A stretch of DNA of 63,537 nt, counting the filler, from Octopus bimaculoides (Eukaryota), in the NCBI RefSeq assembly GCF_001194135.2. It is 7 parts of 5 records of this genome, joined end to end, with 100 filler letters (N's around TTAATTAATTAA, not from the genome) between each part and the next. Parts side by side here need not be neighbours in the genome. Positions count along the whole stretch, not along the records: positions 27,202 to 38,673 come from NC_069007.1; positions 38,774 to 48,602 come from NC_068997.1; positions 48,703 to 61,771 come from NC_068982.1; 4 more parts are not named here. One strand, given 5' to 3'. This document shows positions 37,671 through 51,700 of this stretch, one piece after another. The notes beneath the pieces were generated by a model, which did not search any database, was not told the origin of the DNA, and saw nothing but the letters and a program-made list of their open reading frames with translations. The translations under genes were made by a program, and so were the position numbers. The first letter of the stretch is position 1. Each line of letters opens with the position of its first letter.

Positions 37671-38234
37671 ATATACACTCATATACATGCAGATACGTTC
37701 CAGCATAGAATAAAATGTGTACACACACACACACACACATATACACACTATACACAGATATGTACTTATATATGTATATGAAAATATACACACGTATACA
37801 TACATGCACATACTTGCACATAACTGTGTTGCATGTATACACATAGATATATATGTATATAGATACATACAGATACATACAAGCATTGAAATATATATAC
37901 AGGCATAGACATAAAATACACACACACACACACACGCATATATTTATATATATATTACATACATATATGCACACACACACACACATACATTATTTGACGC
38001 ATTATTACTATACTATGCTTATATTCTTTGATACATATAGACACTGCACACTGACATATATATATGAAAATATACACACATATACATACATGCATATATA
38101 CAAATATGTATATGCACATACACACATACAAAAATGCATACATATACATTCACACACACACACATGTATATCCGTGCATCCATGTCTTTATTTTTTAAAT
38201 ATTTCATTATTATAGTTGTTATTATATATATGAT

Positions 38235-38415
38235 GTTCTGTGTTCAATTCCTGCCAAGGCGAGCTTTGCCTTTCATCATTCCAGGGTTGATTAAATAAAT
38301 TACCTGTGAAATACAGATTCACTTTGATCACCTACCCCCACTCACACACACAAACACACACTTGCTCCGTCCCAGTTTGAGACCTTGTGCCAAAGTATGA
38401 AATTATTATTATTAC

Positions 38416-38466
<51 letters not shown>
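38235..38466 (+). mobile_element. 5'-truncated SINE family A with (TTA)n tail
   Basis: gttctgtgttcaattcctgccaaggcgagctttgcctttcatc...ttgagaccttgtgcc...(att)n. Confidence 0.75.
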
Positions 38467-38773
38467 CATCCTTTTCTTTTAATTTTGTTTACATTTCTTG
38501 CCAAGTGTCTTCCCGACATCTAGGGCAAAGAAACTCACTGTATACATTGGTAGGCCATTAAAACAAAACACACCAGATTGTTCATTTGCAAAGTCATGTG
38601 GTAGAAAAGAAGGGTAAGAAATAAAGAAAGAAAAAATTTAAAAATATGGATAAAAAAAAAGAAAAAGAAAACANNNNNNNNNNNNNNNNNNNNNNNNNNN
38701 NNNNNNNNNNNNNNNNNTTAATTAATTAANNNNNNNNNNNNNNNNNNNNNNNNNNNNNNNNNNNNNNNNNNNN

Positions 38774-38806
<33 letters not shown>

Positions 38807-38985
38807 CGTCTTTGTGTCTGTGTTTGTCCCCTACCACAGCTTGACCGCCAGTGCTGGTTTGTTTACAAACTGTAAGTTAGTGGTTCTGTAAAAGAGTCCG
38901 ACAGAATAAGTACCAGGCTTAAATGAAAAAAAGTACTGGCCGTAGTTTAATGACTGAAACAAGTAAAAGATAAAATAAAAAGATA
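38807..38985 (+). mobile_element. SINE family B tail
   Basis: gtctgtgtttgtcccctaccacagcttgacc..gtaagttagtggttctgtaaaagagtccgacagaataagtaccagg..aatgactgaaacaagtaaaaga. Confidence 0.8.
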
Positions 38986-41706
38986 AATAGTAATTTCAAA
39001 ATATACATTGAATTTCAATTCAAGTTTGAGCTTTAGTTGCAGACGCGATTTCGGTTTATGAAGTTATTTCAGTTTTCATAAATTTCAAACCGAAAAAGAA
39101 AGTATCCAATCTGAATTGGAATTTTTATCCTTAACTCAGAAGTCCTTATTTTGTATATTTTTCCGAGTACTAGGGTACATTATAATACAATTCCTCGTGG
39201 ATGAAATTACGAAAATTTGAAAAATTTGTAATTTCATAATTCTAACAAGGTTTGCATTGTATATCACCCTCCAGATTCAATATCAAGGTCTTTGTCCAAT
39301 TGTTCCTCTCTAAAACTCAATTTCGTTGGTACCCCTGCCTGCTTAAATGCTTCCTTTCAACGGTAACCGTAGGGTATTCAGTAAAGCGTTAGCTGGTTCA
39401 CTATTCAGCTTTAGAAGAACATGAAATGTAAAGGGCAGAGTTCCTGCCTCCTCGTTGTAGAAAAGAAAGAAAAATAAACAACGAAAGCATACTAAAGTAA
39501 GAGGGTATTTTTTCTGAGAACATAATTATGGAAGAAGCCATGGTTTCGAAAGGTCTGTACAGTGTCTATATTCAACTGTGAGATTCTTCATTGAAATGAA
39601 TATATCATTATATAATGAAAAGCAATTGTGTAAAAATCACGCATTTTATTAACATAATTTTTCTGTGAAAATTATGCAAAGACAATGAGAGGAAAGATTT
39701 CATTTTAACTGAAGTTCAAACTTGCATCCAAGAATTCAAGAAAAATGTACTGAAGACATCTATAAGACACTAAAATTCTTAAAATTTCTCGATCGAGTCA
39801 CGACTGCACACAGAACATGAAAATATTTCATTTTCAAAATTATTCGTTTTTAGAGCTCACCCTAAAAAAACATAATTAACATTTTTTTCAATTAATTTTC
39901 AAGAATTTTAAAATATGCTACTTCTTAACTAGTTCAAAGTACTCCGTCAAGGTCCTCCTTTCTTTCTTCATTACAAAAAATAACTACAAAACAAACAAAA
40001 ACAAAACAAATAAAGACAGAAAGCAAGCTATAGTTAATTACATGCACAACTAGTGGGTTTATTGCAATTGTTTTGTATTTTTCCTGTACACNNNNNNNNN
40101 NNNNNNNNNNNNNNNNNNNNNNNNNNNNNNNNNNNNNNNNNNNNNNNNNNNNNNNNNNNNNNNNNNNNNNNNNNNNNNNNNNNNNNNNNNNNNNNNNNNN
40201 NNNNNNNNNNNNNNNNNNNNNNNNNNNNNNNNNNNNNNNNNNNNNNNNNNNNNNNNNNNNNNNNNNNNNNNNNNNNNNNNNNNNNNNNNNNNNNNNNNNN
40301 NNNNNNNNNNNNNNNNNNNNNNNNNNNNNNNNNNNNNNNNNNNNNNNNNNNNNNNNNNNNNNNNNNNNNNNNNNNNNNNNNNNNNNNNNNNNNNNNNNNN
40401 NNNNNNNNNNNNNNNNNNNNNNNNNNNNNNNNNNNNNNNNNNNNNNNNNNNNNNNNNNNNNNNNNNNNNNNNNNNNNNNNNNNNNNNNNNNNNNNNNNNN
40501 NNNNNNNNNNNNNNNNNNNNNNNNNNNNNNNNNNNNNNNNNNNNNNNNNNNNNNNNNNNNNNNNNNNNNNNNNNNNNNNNNNNNNNNNNNNNNNNNNNNN
40601 NNNNNNNNNNNNNNNNNNNNNNNNNNNNNNNNNNNNNNNNNNNNNNNNNNNNNNNNNNNNNNNNNNNNNNNNNNNNNNNNNNNNNNNNNNNNNNNNNNNN
40701 NNNNNNNNNNNNNNNNNNNNNNNNNNNNNNNNNNNNNNNNNNNNNNNNNNNNNNNNNNNNNNNNNNNNNNNNNNNNNNNNNNNNNNNNNNNNNNNNNNNN
40801 NNNNNNNNNNNNNNNNNNNNNNNNNNNNNNNNNNNNNNNNNNNNNNNNNNNNNNNNNNNNNNNNNNNNNNNNNNNNNNNNNNNNNNNNNNNNNNNNNNNN
40901 NNNNNNNNNNNNNNNNNNNNNNNNNNNNNNNNNNNNNNNNTATATATTTACACATGGTAAATATATACACACACATGCACACAAATAAATATAATCTTAC
41001 ATATAAACATTTATAGCTACAGACACAAGTTTATAAATACATTAACACACATACAAGCATAGATAGTCTTATACAAGCACACACCCACACACACCCAGAC
41101 ACACACATACACACACACACACAAACAAACAAACAAACAGACAGAAAACTAGACACTACAAAGACACTCACATATACAGAAACATACAGTAATACGCATA
41201 TTTACACGAAATAATGTTGCAGAGTACATTCACCACCATACACAATTCCAGCTTAATACACATAAATACTCACATAAATACACACACACACACGCACGCA
41301 CGCACACACACACACATGGACACATCCATGCGCAATTGTACACACTGGCAATCATGACACGTCTCCCTTAGCAACAGGAAGAAGAGGGTTCCGTAGACCA
41401 GATTATCCTCATCACTAATACCATTAATACTAATCTGTATTAAGTGGATTAACTCAGTCAAATTAATGATGCTTATCAAACTATTCAACGAGTCTGCGTT
41501 ATTCTGTTATGCGAATTGTGTATGTACCCATGTATACTTGCATATATATGTGCTTGTATATTTGATTGTATATACGTATGCAAGCGTATACGTATGCGAA
41601 CATGCATAAATGTACATACGTGCATACGTACACGATTATACAAGATATGTAAATACACCCTCTATACTATATACTATAAATATATATATATATTTATATA
41701 TAGACA

Positions 41707-41752
<46 letters not shown>

Positions 41753-41887
41753 CATATATGTATGTATATATGCATTGCNNNNNNNNNNTACATATATGTA
41801 TGTATATATGCATTGCATATATATATATATATATATATATTTATTTATATATATGTATGTATATATGTCTGTCTGTCTGTCTGTATA

Positions 41888-41913
41888 TCTATATATATAA
41901 AAATGAGAATGTG

Positions 41914-41944
<31 letters not shown>

Positions 41945-42215
41945 GTGAATCCCTAAAAGTCGAGAACTACGCAACCAATTTCATTCAAATTTTACACATA
42001 TCTTACTTAGGGTTCCAGTTGTGTTTTAGTCAAAAAAGATTATTAACTTCTTGCAGAGTTCGAGCACACGGCAACATAATATCTCCTCCACTATTTAAGT
42101 ATTACGTGTCAAAAGTGAAACAAAAACACTGATGTCAAATACTTTCACTTTAAAAATGAAACTTCCACTAACTGAAACAATCACATTTCGATACTGTAGT
42201 GACAGATACTTTCAC
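41888..42215 (+). mobile_element. Helitron 5' end, non-autonomous (copy 1)
   Basis: A|TCTATATATATAAAAATGAGAATG-(TGTC)n-..aaaagtcgagaactacgcaaccaatttc: an A|TC start followed by a microsatellite, typical of animal Helitron 5' ends. Closely matches 48254-48574. Confidence 0.7.
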
Positions 42216-42955
42216 AGAGAGAGAAAGAGAGAAAGAGAGAGACAGNNNNNNNNNNNNNNNNNNNNNNNNNNNNNNNNNNNNNNNNNNNNNNNNNNNNNNN
42301 NNNNNNNNNNNNNNNNNNNNNNNNNNNNNNNNNNNNNNNNNNNNNNNNNNNNNNNNNNNNNNNNNNNNNNNNNNNNNNNNNNNNNNNNNNNNNNNNNNNN
42401 NNNNNNNNNNNNNNNNNNNNNNNNNNNNNNNNNNNNNNNNNNNNNNNNNNNNNNNNNNNNNNNNNNNNNNNNNNNNNNNNNNNNNNNNNNNNNNNNNNNN
42501 NNNNNNNNNNNNNNNNNNNNNNNNNNNNNNNNNNNNNNNNNNNNNNNNNNNNNNNNNNNNNNNNNNNNNNNNNNNNNNNNNNNNNNNNNNNNNNNNNNNN
42601 NNNNNNNNNNNNNNNNNNNNNNNNNNNNNNNNNNNNNNNNNNNNNNNNNNNNNNNNNNNNNNNNNNNNNNNNNNNNNNNNNNNNNNNNNNNNNNNNNNNN
42701 NNNNNNNNNNNNNNNNNNNNNNNNNNNNNNNNNNNNNNNNNNNNNNNNNNNNNNNNNNNNNNNNNNNNNNNNNNNNNNNNNNNNNNNNNNNNNNNNNNNN
42801 NNNNNNNNNNNNNNNNNNNNNNNNNNNNNNNNNNNNNNNNNNNNNNNNNNNNNNNNNNNNNNNNNNNNNNNNNNNNNNNNNNNNNNNNNNNNNNNNNNNN
42901 NNNNNNNNNNNNNNNNNNNNATATATATATATATATATATATACATACACGCACA

Positions 42956-43102
42956 GGAGTGGTTGTGTGGGAAGTAGCTTGCTTATCAACCACAAGGTTC
43001 TGAGTTCAGTCCAACTGCGTGGCAATTTAGGCATATGTCTTCTACTATAGACTCGGGCTGACCAAAGTCTTGTAACTGGATTTGGTAGACGGAAACTGAA
43101 AA
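42956..43102 (+). mobile_element. SINE family B head (tRNA-like plus CORE-like)
   Basis: ggagtggttgtgtgggaagtagcttgc..ggttctgagttcagtcc..cgtggcaatttaggcatatgtcttctactatag..ggatttggtagacggaaactgaaa. Confidence 0.85.
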
Positions 43103-43122
43103 ATATATATATATATATATTA

Positions 43123-43357
43123 TTGTGTCTGGGGAGAGTCATTCTGTTTTAATGCCTTGTTAATTAGCACACTCATTTACTTATTTATTTTTTCTAAAAT
43201 TTTCGTTGCTTCTTGCAACCTCTTTCTTCAACGACTCTTGAAGAGGTTGCAAGAAGCAACGAAAATTTTGGCAAAAATAAATAAATGAGTGTAAATCGAA
43301 CCGGTGAGTGTGCTAATTAATAAGGCATTAAAACAGAATGACTCTCCCCAGACATAA
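43123..43357. repeat. ~235-bp foldback palindrome (probable palindromic MITE)
   Basis: Outer arms 43126-43175 and 43305-43354 are reverse complements with 1 mismatch in 50. Inner arms 43196-43224 and 43241-43269 are a perfect 29-bp match. Confidence 0.92.
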
Positions 43358-43417
43358 AAAAATATCCTTCAACACACGAATTCACATAAAGAATCTTGCA
43401 AATCAAATACAAAAATG

Positions 43418-43474
<57 letters not shown>

Positions 43475-43673
43475 GAGAGAGAGGCAATTATGCGGAAAAA
43501 AATTAGATACATTAAATATATTAAATATATAAAATATGTTAAATATAATAGTTTGGATATGACAACCATTACAGAATCGATCCCCTCTAAAGGCATCGGA
43601 GTCTAAGTTTGAATCTATTGAGTACTACTAAGTGTCGTCTGTACGGAGAATCTCTAGATCTAATCTGTGGACA

Positions 43674-43712
<39 letters not shown>

Positions 43713-44924
43713 TATATAAGCATTAACACACACTCACAATTTATATATTCGCGGGCTGACCCGAAAGTAGTGCAACAATGGTCAAACTTTTATATTTCCA
43801 GGCGTAGTTCGTTCAAAATGCATGTCTTGTTTGAGTGACAGTTCCTCTTCGTATAAGGTCTACACGAGGGCTTATCACCCATTTTTTAGCTTATGGACAC
43901 CTATGATTGTCGTTTTACTCTGATGGACCCCCGTAGCCAGTCGGAGAGCGCCAGATTTGTCACCAAAGATGTGCCGTCACGTTTTGTCAGGGCAAATGAT
44001 CGTTTTCAGATTATTGTTCAGTTTCTTCCTCTTAATGATTTCTCTAAGCGTTTTTAGTGTTCCACCCTACCACGGTATAGCCACGTTCCAGAAAATGAAC
44101 AGTTACCATGACTTTCTATGCTGATCACTGGCTCTTGAATTTCTTAAGGTTTAGAGAAGAAGTATGACATCATTTCCTGGAAATTCTGATTTTTCGGATC
44201 ATACAGACACATTTACATTTTGTTCACTATCACGATTGGGAATTAACGTGTCTATATTGGCTTCAGATGCTCCAAGTAGAACAGAACTGACTTTTAAACT
44301 CCACTCTTTCAGTATACATACATACGTACGTACTTACGCATGCACGTACATTATGTGTTATATATATATATATGCATAGTAGTTGTATGCAGTCAACTTA
44401 ATGTGACAGTCCTATGAAGGGAATAATACTACTGCTATTTAGCCCTAGGAAGCAGCACCGATTCCTGTGTCCTTATGTNNNNNNNNNNCCTAGGAAGCAG
44501 CACCGATTCCTGTGTCCTTATGTTTACAAGGAGGAGACAAGCACCTCCACCCAGCTAAGCTTGCATCCAGAGACTAGTTTTTGAGTCTTTGCTGAACATA
44601 CTGAACAACATGCTGAACGAACACATACATTTAGCCTTTCTGTGATGGTAATGGGGTGATAGTAATAGTATGAGCTGTAGTTGTGGTAGAGACGGAGTGA
44701 TGATGGTGGTGGTGGTCAGCAATGATGGTGGTCAGCAATGATGGTGGTCAGCAATGATGGTGAGAGTAAGCGATATGAAAGATAGTGGTGATGGTGGTGG
44801 AGGGGAAGGCGGCGAAATCAAAAGTATTGATGATGGTGACGTCAGAAGTCTGACTGGCTGTGTATCGCAATTGTGGTGGCGATGGTGGTGGTACTGGTAA
44901 TGGTGGTGGTTGAAAACAATCAAC

Positions 44925-45041
<117 letters not shown>

Positions 45042-45284
45042 CAGAGAGAGAGAGACAGAGAGAGAGAAAGAAAGAAGTTAGAAAAAAAATTGTACTAACT
45101 CCCGAATGAGAAGACAAAAAATGTTGCTTGTTATGCAGCTTTGCAATAAATTCCAATTCGACAAATTATATTGTTTTGATGAAATTGTTCATTGCTTGAA
45201 AGATATTGTTAAGTTTAATAAAATTTAATATGTACTCAAAGCACGAGATGTGATTGTTATGCCCAAGGCCCAATGAAGAGCTCT

Positions 45285-45317
<33 letters not shown>

Positions 45318-46589
45318 NNNNNNNNNNNNNNNNNNNNNNNNNNNNNNNNNNNNNNNNNNNNNNNNNNNNNNNNNNNNNNNNNNNNNNNNNNNNNNNNNNN
45401 NNNNNNNNNNNNNNNNNNNNNNNNNNNNNNNNNNNNNNNNNNNNNNNNNNNNNNNNNNNNNNNNNNNNNNNNNNNNNNNNNNNNNNNNNNNNNNNNNNNN
45501 NNNNNNNNNNNNNNNNNNNNNNNNNNNNNNNNNNNNNNNNNNNNNNNNNNNNNNNNNNNNNNNNNNNNNNNNNNNNNNNNNNNNNNNNNNNNNNNNNNNN
45601 NNNNNNNNNNNNNNNNNNNNNNNNNNNNNNNNNNNNNNNNNNNNNNNNNNNNNNNNNNNNNNNNNNNNNNNNNNNNNNNNNNNNNNNNNNNNNNNNNNNN
45701 NNNNNNNNNNNNNNNNNNNNNNNNNNNNNNNNNNNNNNNNNNNNNNNNNNNNNNNNNNNNNNNNNNNNNNNNNNNNNNNNNNNNNNNNNNNNNNNNNNNN
45801 NNNNNNNNNNNNNNNNNNNNNNNNNNNNNNNNNNNNNNNNNNNNNNNNNNNNNNNNNNNNNNNNNNNNNNNNNNNNNNNNNNNNNNNNNNNNNNNNNNNN
45901 NNNNNNNNNNNNNNNNNNNNNNNNNNNNNNNNNNNNNNNNNNNNNNNNNNNNNNNNNNNNNNNNNNNNNNNNNNNNNNNNNNNNNNNNNNNNNNNNNNNN
46001 NNNNNNNNNNNNNNNNNNNNNNNNNNNNNNNNNNNNNNNNNNNNNNNNNNNNNNNNNNNNNNNNNNNNNNNNNNNNNNNNNNNNNNNNNNNNNNNNNNNN
46101 NNNNNNNNNNNNNNNNNNNNNNNNNNNNNNNNNNNNNNNNNNNNNNNNNNNNNNNNNNNNNNNNNNNNNNNNNNNNNNNNNNNNNNNNNNNNNNNNNNNN
46201 NNNNNNNNTATATGCATATATATATATAAGTAAAGAAATAAAACTGTATCAAGTAAATGTGAAAACATTTTAAATTTGTTCGAAACTATGCTATTTTTTT
46301 TTATTCTTGAAATTTTTTGAAAAATGAGTAGAAAGCTGGATGTAGGGAAATGAACTCTCAATCGGAATAAACTATTTTTTATAATCTCTGGAAACCAGAG
46401 TATTCAGAGGAAACCTGTTCATCAAAATACTTGAACTACAGTACATGAAATAATAGAGCTATTAATATCATTTCATGTGAAATTAGATGTGTAGTCATCA
46501 TAGCCTCGTCAGTTCTAAAAATTTTGCTGTAACACCTCAGAATACTCAACATTTTCAGTATAAGCAAGGGCATATACAAAGTGATTAAA

Positions 46590-46800
46590 CGGGCATCCAA
46601 CACTTGAGCGTCCTCATAAAATTTGCCATTAGCAAAGGAATATTTTTCATGATGCAGAACAGCGACTGTCAATGTTTGCCAATGGGATATATTGATCAAC
46701 ATGGCAAAACCTAGCTGTTCTGGAAATTGAAGTCTTCTAAATCGAAACGACATGTCTGTTGATATGTGTGGAATTCTAAATATAATTTGGCATCCTCTCC
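46590..46800 (-). pseudogene. Helitron PIF1-type helicase C-terminal relic
   Basis: MSFRFRRLQFPEQLGFAMLINISHWQTLTVAVLHHEKYSFANGKFY resembles the Helitron RepHel motif MPFxFKRLQFPVRLAFAMTINKSQGQTL...L....FSHGQLY. Confidence 0.8.
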
Positions 46801-47299
46801 TTTGATGGACCCAATCTTCTTAGCATGCAACATAAAATTCTGAATCATTTTTCTCGCGCTATTGCATAGTCGCAACTGATCTAAATTATGTAGTAGTAAT
46901 AATACACAGGGATGGCCTTTGAGTCAGTCTGCAATTTCTGCTGATTAACAATACTATGCTATATTATACTATATTATACCACACTATACTATACTATACT
47001 GCACACACACACACACACACACACACGCATACACACACACACACACACAAATCAATACATACATACATACATACAAACATACATGCATACATACATACCG
47101 TGAAAGACCGTGTAAAAGCTGGGAAACGTGAGAAAGAAAGCTCTAGCAAATATTTGTGCAACTTTTCGGACAATTCTGTTCGGTATTTCTTGAGTTATTT
47201 AACTTTGAATATGATTAAAGTTTTACTCCCTTGGTTTAATACATGCACACACAGACACACACACAGACACATACACACGCATACACACACATGTGCACG

Positions 47300-47379
<80 letters not shown>

Positions 47380-48253
47380 TACTTACGTACAATACATACA
47401 TAATCACGATATCTGGGACTATAAAAATCTGTAGGATCTTAAGATTTAAAGGATGATGGTTAAAACAAGATACTTTCCTTCACAACCTTGGTACTAAGTA
47501 AGTGGCCAGTCAAAATTTGCCCCCAAATTAAAAAGCGAAAGAGAATATACATACAAATTTCGAAAATCGATTAAGGCTGTTTATTATTGATTGTTTCAGT
47601 CTTCGGAGAAATAGTTTAACTCGTCCTGTTTATATATCAACTGCATAGGATCACAAATATCTTACTTTCATACTGTGTGAACTGAGATCCTATTGTTAGG
47701 CCGCTGATATCAATTAAAGGGATCACATGGTATGCAAATTATAGCCCCGGTTCTCTGTAACTATTAGAATTTTTGAGTATATAAGCAGATTAACTGCTAA
47801 ATTCTCCAGGTTTTGCCAAATTGCTGTAGATACCTCTGATGACAACTTAGTAAGTTTCGAAAATCGATTAGGGCTGTTCGTTTTGTTTTTCGATCGAAGG
47901 AGAAAATAGCTAAAATTAGCTTTGTAACCGTACGAGTATCTACTACGTTGCTTGAGTAGTTACTACTTCCAAGGTTCTAGGAAACATATGTAGCCTGGAT
48001 TTTTATCTACTCCATTCCCTAAACTTGGATTTTTATTCACATACACAACAACCCCAGTTGCTAACCATGAGCTATAAAATAACATTTTTTAGCTTATCGA
48101 ACTCCGATATGGGAAAATTTACAACCTTCTACGTCAATAAACCGCTATTGTTCCTGAAAGTTGTTTTTTTTTTATACCTTCTACGGAATGCTTGAAGCTT
48201 ACTAAGTACCTACACTTTGATTTTTGGATCTTACCTTTACATATCACTATATA

Positions 48254-48574
48254 TCTATATATATAAATATGAGAATGTGTGTCTATCTGTGTGTGTGTGT
48301 GTGTGTACTTCCCTAAAACTCGAGAACTACACCAATTTCATTCAAATTTTACACATGCCTTACTTAGGGTTCCGGTTGTGTTTTAGTCAAAAAATTTTTT
48401 TTACTTCTTGCATAGTTCGAGCCCACAGCAACATCATATCTCCTCCACTATTTAAGTATTACGTGTCAAAAGTGAAACAAAAACACTCATGTCAAATACT
48501 TTCACTTTAAAAATGAAACTATTCCACTAACTGAAACAATCACATTTCGATACTGTAATGACAGATACTTTCAC
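48254..48574 (+). mobile_element. Helitron 5' end, non-autonomous (copy 2)
   Basis: Same sequence as 41888-42215, including the A|TC start and the same truncation point (gacagatactttcac). Confidence 0.7.
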
Positions 48575-48602
48575 TTAAATGGTGTATATCTATATATATA
48601 TA

Positions 48603-48702
48603 NNNNNNNNNNNNNNNNNNNNNNNNNNNNNNNNNNNNNNNNNNNNTTAATTAATTAANNNNNNNNNNNNNNNNNNNNNNNNNNNNNNNNNNNNNNNNNN
48701 NN
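48603..48702. other. 100-bp placeholder gap (N44-TTAATTAATTAA-N44), assembly artefact
   Basis: The identical six-frame-stop 12-mer is centred in 100-bp gaps at 15000, 24184, 27146, 38718, 48647 and 61816. Confidence 0.92.
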
Positions 48703-51700
48703 CATAAACAAACATGTAGCACAGTTAGTATATACCAGTAACAATTAGATCATAGCCAGTAGACTACTAGCATGTGCATTTACTATCCCTGAACACACGG
48801 CACAACATATATGTATAAATATATGTATGGGTTAAAGTTAGGGTTTTTCTTTTCCTTCCAATTTCAATATTTTTTGGAAAAACAGTTTAAAACTTTGATT
48901 AACAGCAAATTCTTTCAAGTATATTCCCACCGAATAGCAATGCAAATGGATTATTAGTTTAAATTCTAATTCCACACTAAATTACTTCATATTTGTTTTA
49001 TTAATTAATGATGTGTTCTGTAGAAGAAATCTATTTCTTCTATTCAAAAATATTTCCTAGACCCTCTGTCAGTATGAAAAATGAAAATAAGAGAGATTCA
49101 TTGAAGCTAAAAATATTCAACAGGATAAATATGGCAAATCATGGATCACTTGCTGATTTTCAAAAAATTAATCCATTGAGTATCTAATTTCATTTTACTC
49201 AGTCTCTATTGTGATGAACTTAAATATTACAAAGAGAAATTACCCAATATAAAAACTATAACAAACTGAGGGAGAAATATTATATTTGGAAACAAGCATG
49301 TGTTGATGACAGGATAGGCGACTTTTGTAGAAAATCTGCCACAATGAACTTTATCTAATCCATGCAGGCATGGAAAAGATGTTAAAATATGGATGATTAT
49401 AAACCAATACAAATGGCAACAGAATAAACAAACATGTAGCACAGTTAGTATATACCAGTAACAACTAGATCATAGCCAGTAGACTACTAGCATGTGCATT
49501 TACTATCCCTGAACACACGGCACAACATATATGTATAAATATATGCATGGGTTAAAGTTAGGGTTTTTCTTTTCCTTCCAAATTTCAATATTTTTTGGGA
49601 AAACAGTTCAAAACTTTGATTAACAGCAAATTCTTTCAAGTATATTTCCACCGAATAGCAATGCAAATGGATTATTAGTTTAAATTTTAATTCCATGATT
49701 ACTTTATTACAAAGAGAAATTACCCAATATAAAAACTATAACAAACTGAGGGAGAAATATATTTGGAAACAGACATGTGTTGATGACAGGATAGGAAACT
49801 TTTGTAGAAAATGTACCACAATGAACTTTATCTAATCCATGCAGGCATGAAAAAGCTCTTAAAAAATGAATGAGTATGATGAATTCATGCAATATAAAGC
49901 TTTTAGACTGCAACTATAAGGGTTAGCACCACAAAACACTGCCTCAAAAACTTCTATTGGAACCATGACAACATAGAAAAGCAAACAAAAATGATGATGA
50001 AAAATAATAAAGCAATACAAATGGCAACAGAATAAACAAACATGTAGCACAGTTAGTATATACCAGTAACAATTAGATCATAGCCAGTAGACTACTAGCA
50101 TGTGCATTTACTATCCCTGAACACACGGCATAACATATATGTATAAATATATGTATGGGTTAAAGTTAGGGTTTTTCTTTTCCTTCCAAATTTCAGTATT
50201 TGTTACTTCATATTTTTTATTATCTAATGACGTGTTCTGTAAAAGAAATCTATTTCGTCTATTTAAAAATATTTACAAGACCCTCTATCAATATGAGGAA
50301 TGAAAATAAGAGAGATTCATTTATGCTAAAAACATTCTAGAGGCTTAATAAGACGAATCATAGATCACATGATGATTTTCAAAAAAAATTAATCCATGGA
50401 GCATCTAATTTCATTTTACTCAGTTTTAATTCTGATGAACTTAAATTTAAATATTACAAGGAGAAATTACCCATTATAAAAACTATAATAAACCAATGGT
50501 GAGTAGGGGTTACAATAAAATGATCAATATGTGGCAATACATGGTAATATTACTATGTAGTGACAAACATGTAGCACATTGAGTAGTAACCAGTAATAAC
50601 AAGAATATATCCAGTAAGTTACTAGCAAGTGCATTTTTCTTATCTCTTAACTATACGACATAACAAAATATTTGTATGCTCTCAAAGTCAGGGCTTCTTT
50701 CAACAAACTGACTGACACCAAGTGGAGAGAGTGTTTGAGTGTATGTATATATGTATGTAGGCTTGTGTCTTCATGTCTCAACATTGTATGATAGTTGTGA
50801 TTAAGTTTCATTTTCATGTCAAGGACACCATTTGTATCCAGTTCTCCATGAAAACATGTCCAAAGAGGAACATTATATTTGGAAACAGACAAGTGTTGAT
50901 GACAGGAAAGGCATCTGTTGCAGGTAACATGATAACTAATACAGATGGTCATAATATTACCTGCTGAGAACAGAATAAAAACACATGTAGCACAATATGT
51001 ATACCAGTAACAATTAGAATATAACCAACAGATTACAAGCATGTGCATTTACTATTCCTAAACGTTACGGCATAACAAATAAGAAAATATATGTATGCTG
51101 TCAAAGTTAGGGCTTCTTTTCCAAATTGCAATATTTGTTAGAAAAAGTGTTAACTTTTAATAAGGGCAAAAATCTTTTAAATACATTTCTGACAATTTTC
51201 ATTTATTATCTAATGATAATAAATAATATGTTCAGTACAAGGAATACAAGTCTTCTATCAAAAATATTCACTAGACTCTCCGTCAGCATGAATAAAAAAT
51301 GTAAATAAGGGATATTCATTTACAAACAAAGATATTTTCCAGGCTAAATAAAACAAATTACCCAATATAAAAGCTATAATAAACCGAGGATGAGGAGTGG
51401 GTTACAAGAAAATGATGAACTACATGACAGTACATAGTAATATTACTATGCAGTAACAAGCATGTAGTACTGAGTAGTCACCAGTAACAACTAGAATATA
51501 TCCAGTAGATTACTAGTAAGTGCATTTAGTATCCTTAAACTATACAACATAACAAAATATTTGTATGCTCTCAAGGCTTAGGGCTTCTTTCAACAAGCTA
51601 CATAACACAAATTGGACTTGGGATAAATTTGAATGTTTCTACTCTAGAAAGCAATTGTAGTAAAAATAAAGTAATTTATGCAAACAAATCAAGTGACAGA

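Noticed and set aside
37480-38180. Degenerate ~300-bp duplication right after the ERG donor
   Set aside because: It is made of AC/AT microsatellite-derived sequence, which is expected from slippage and carries no independent signal.
42956-43030. tRNA-like A/B boxes here and in other SINE heads as tRNA genes
   Set aside because: There is no complete cloverleaf, and they continue into SINE body sequence.
43745-43860. Possible mariner-like terminal sequence
   Set aside because: No matching opposite end or coding remnant was found.
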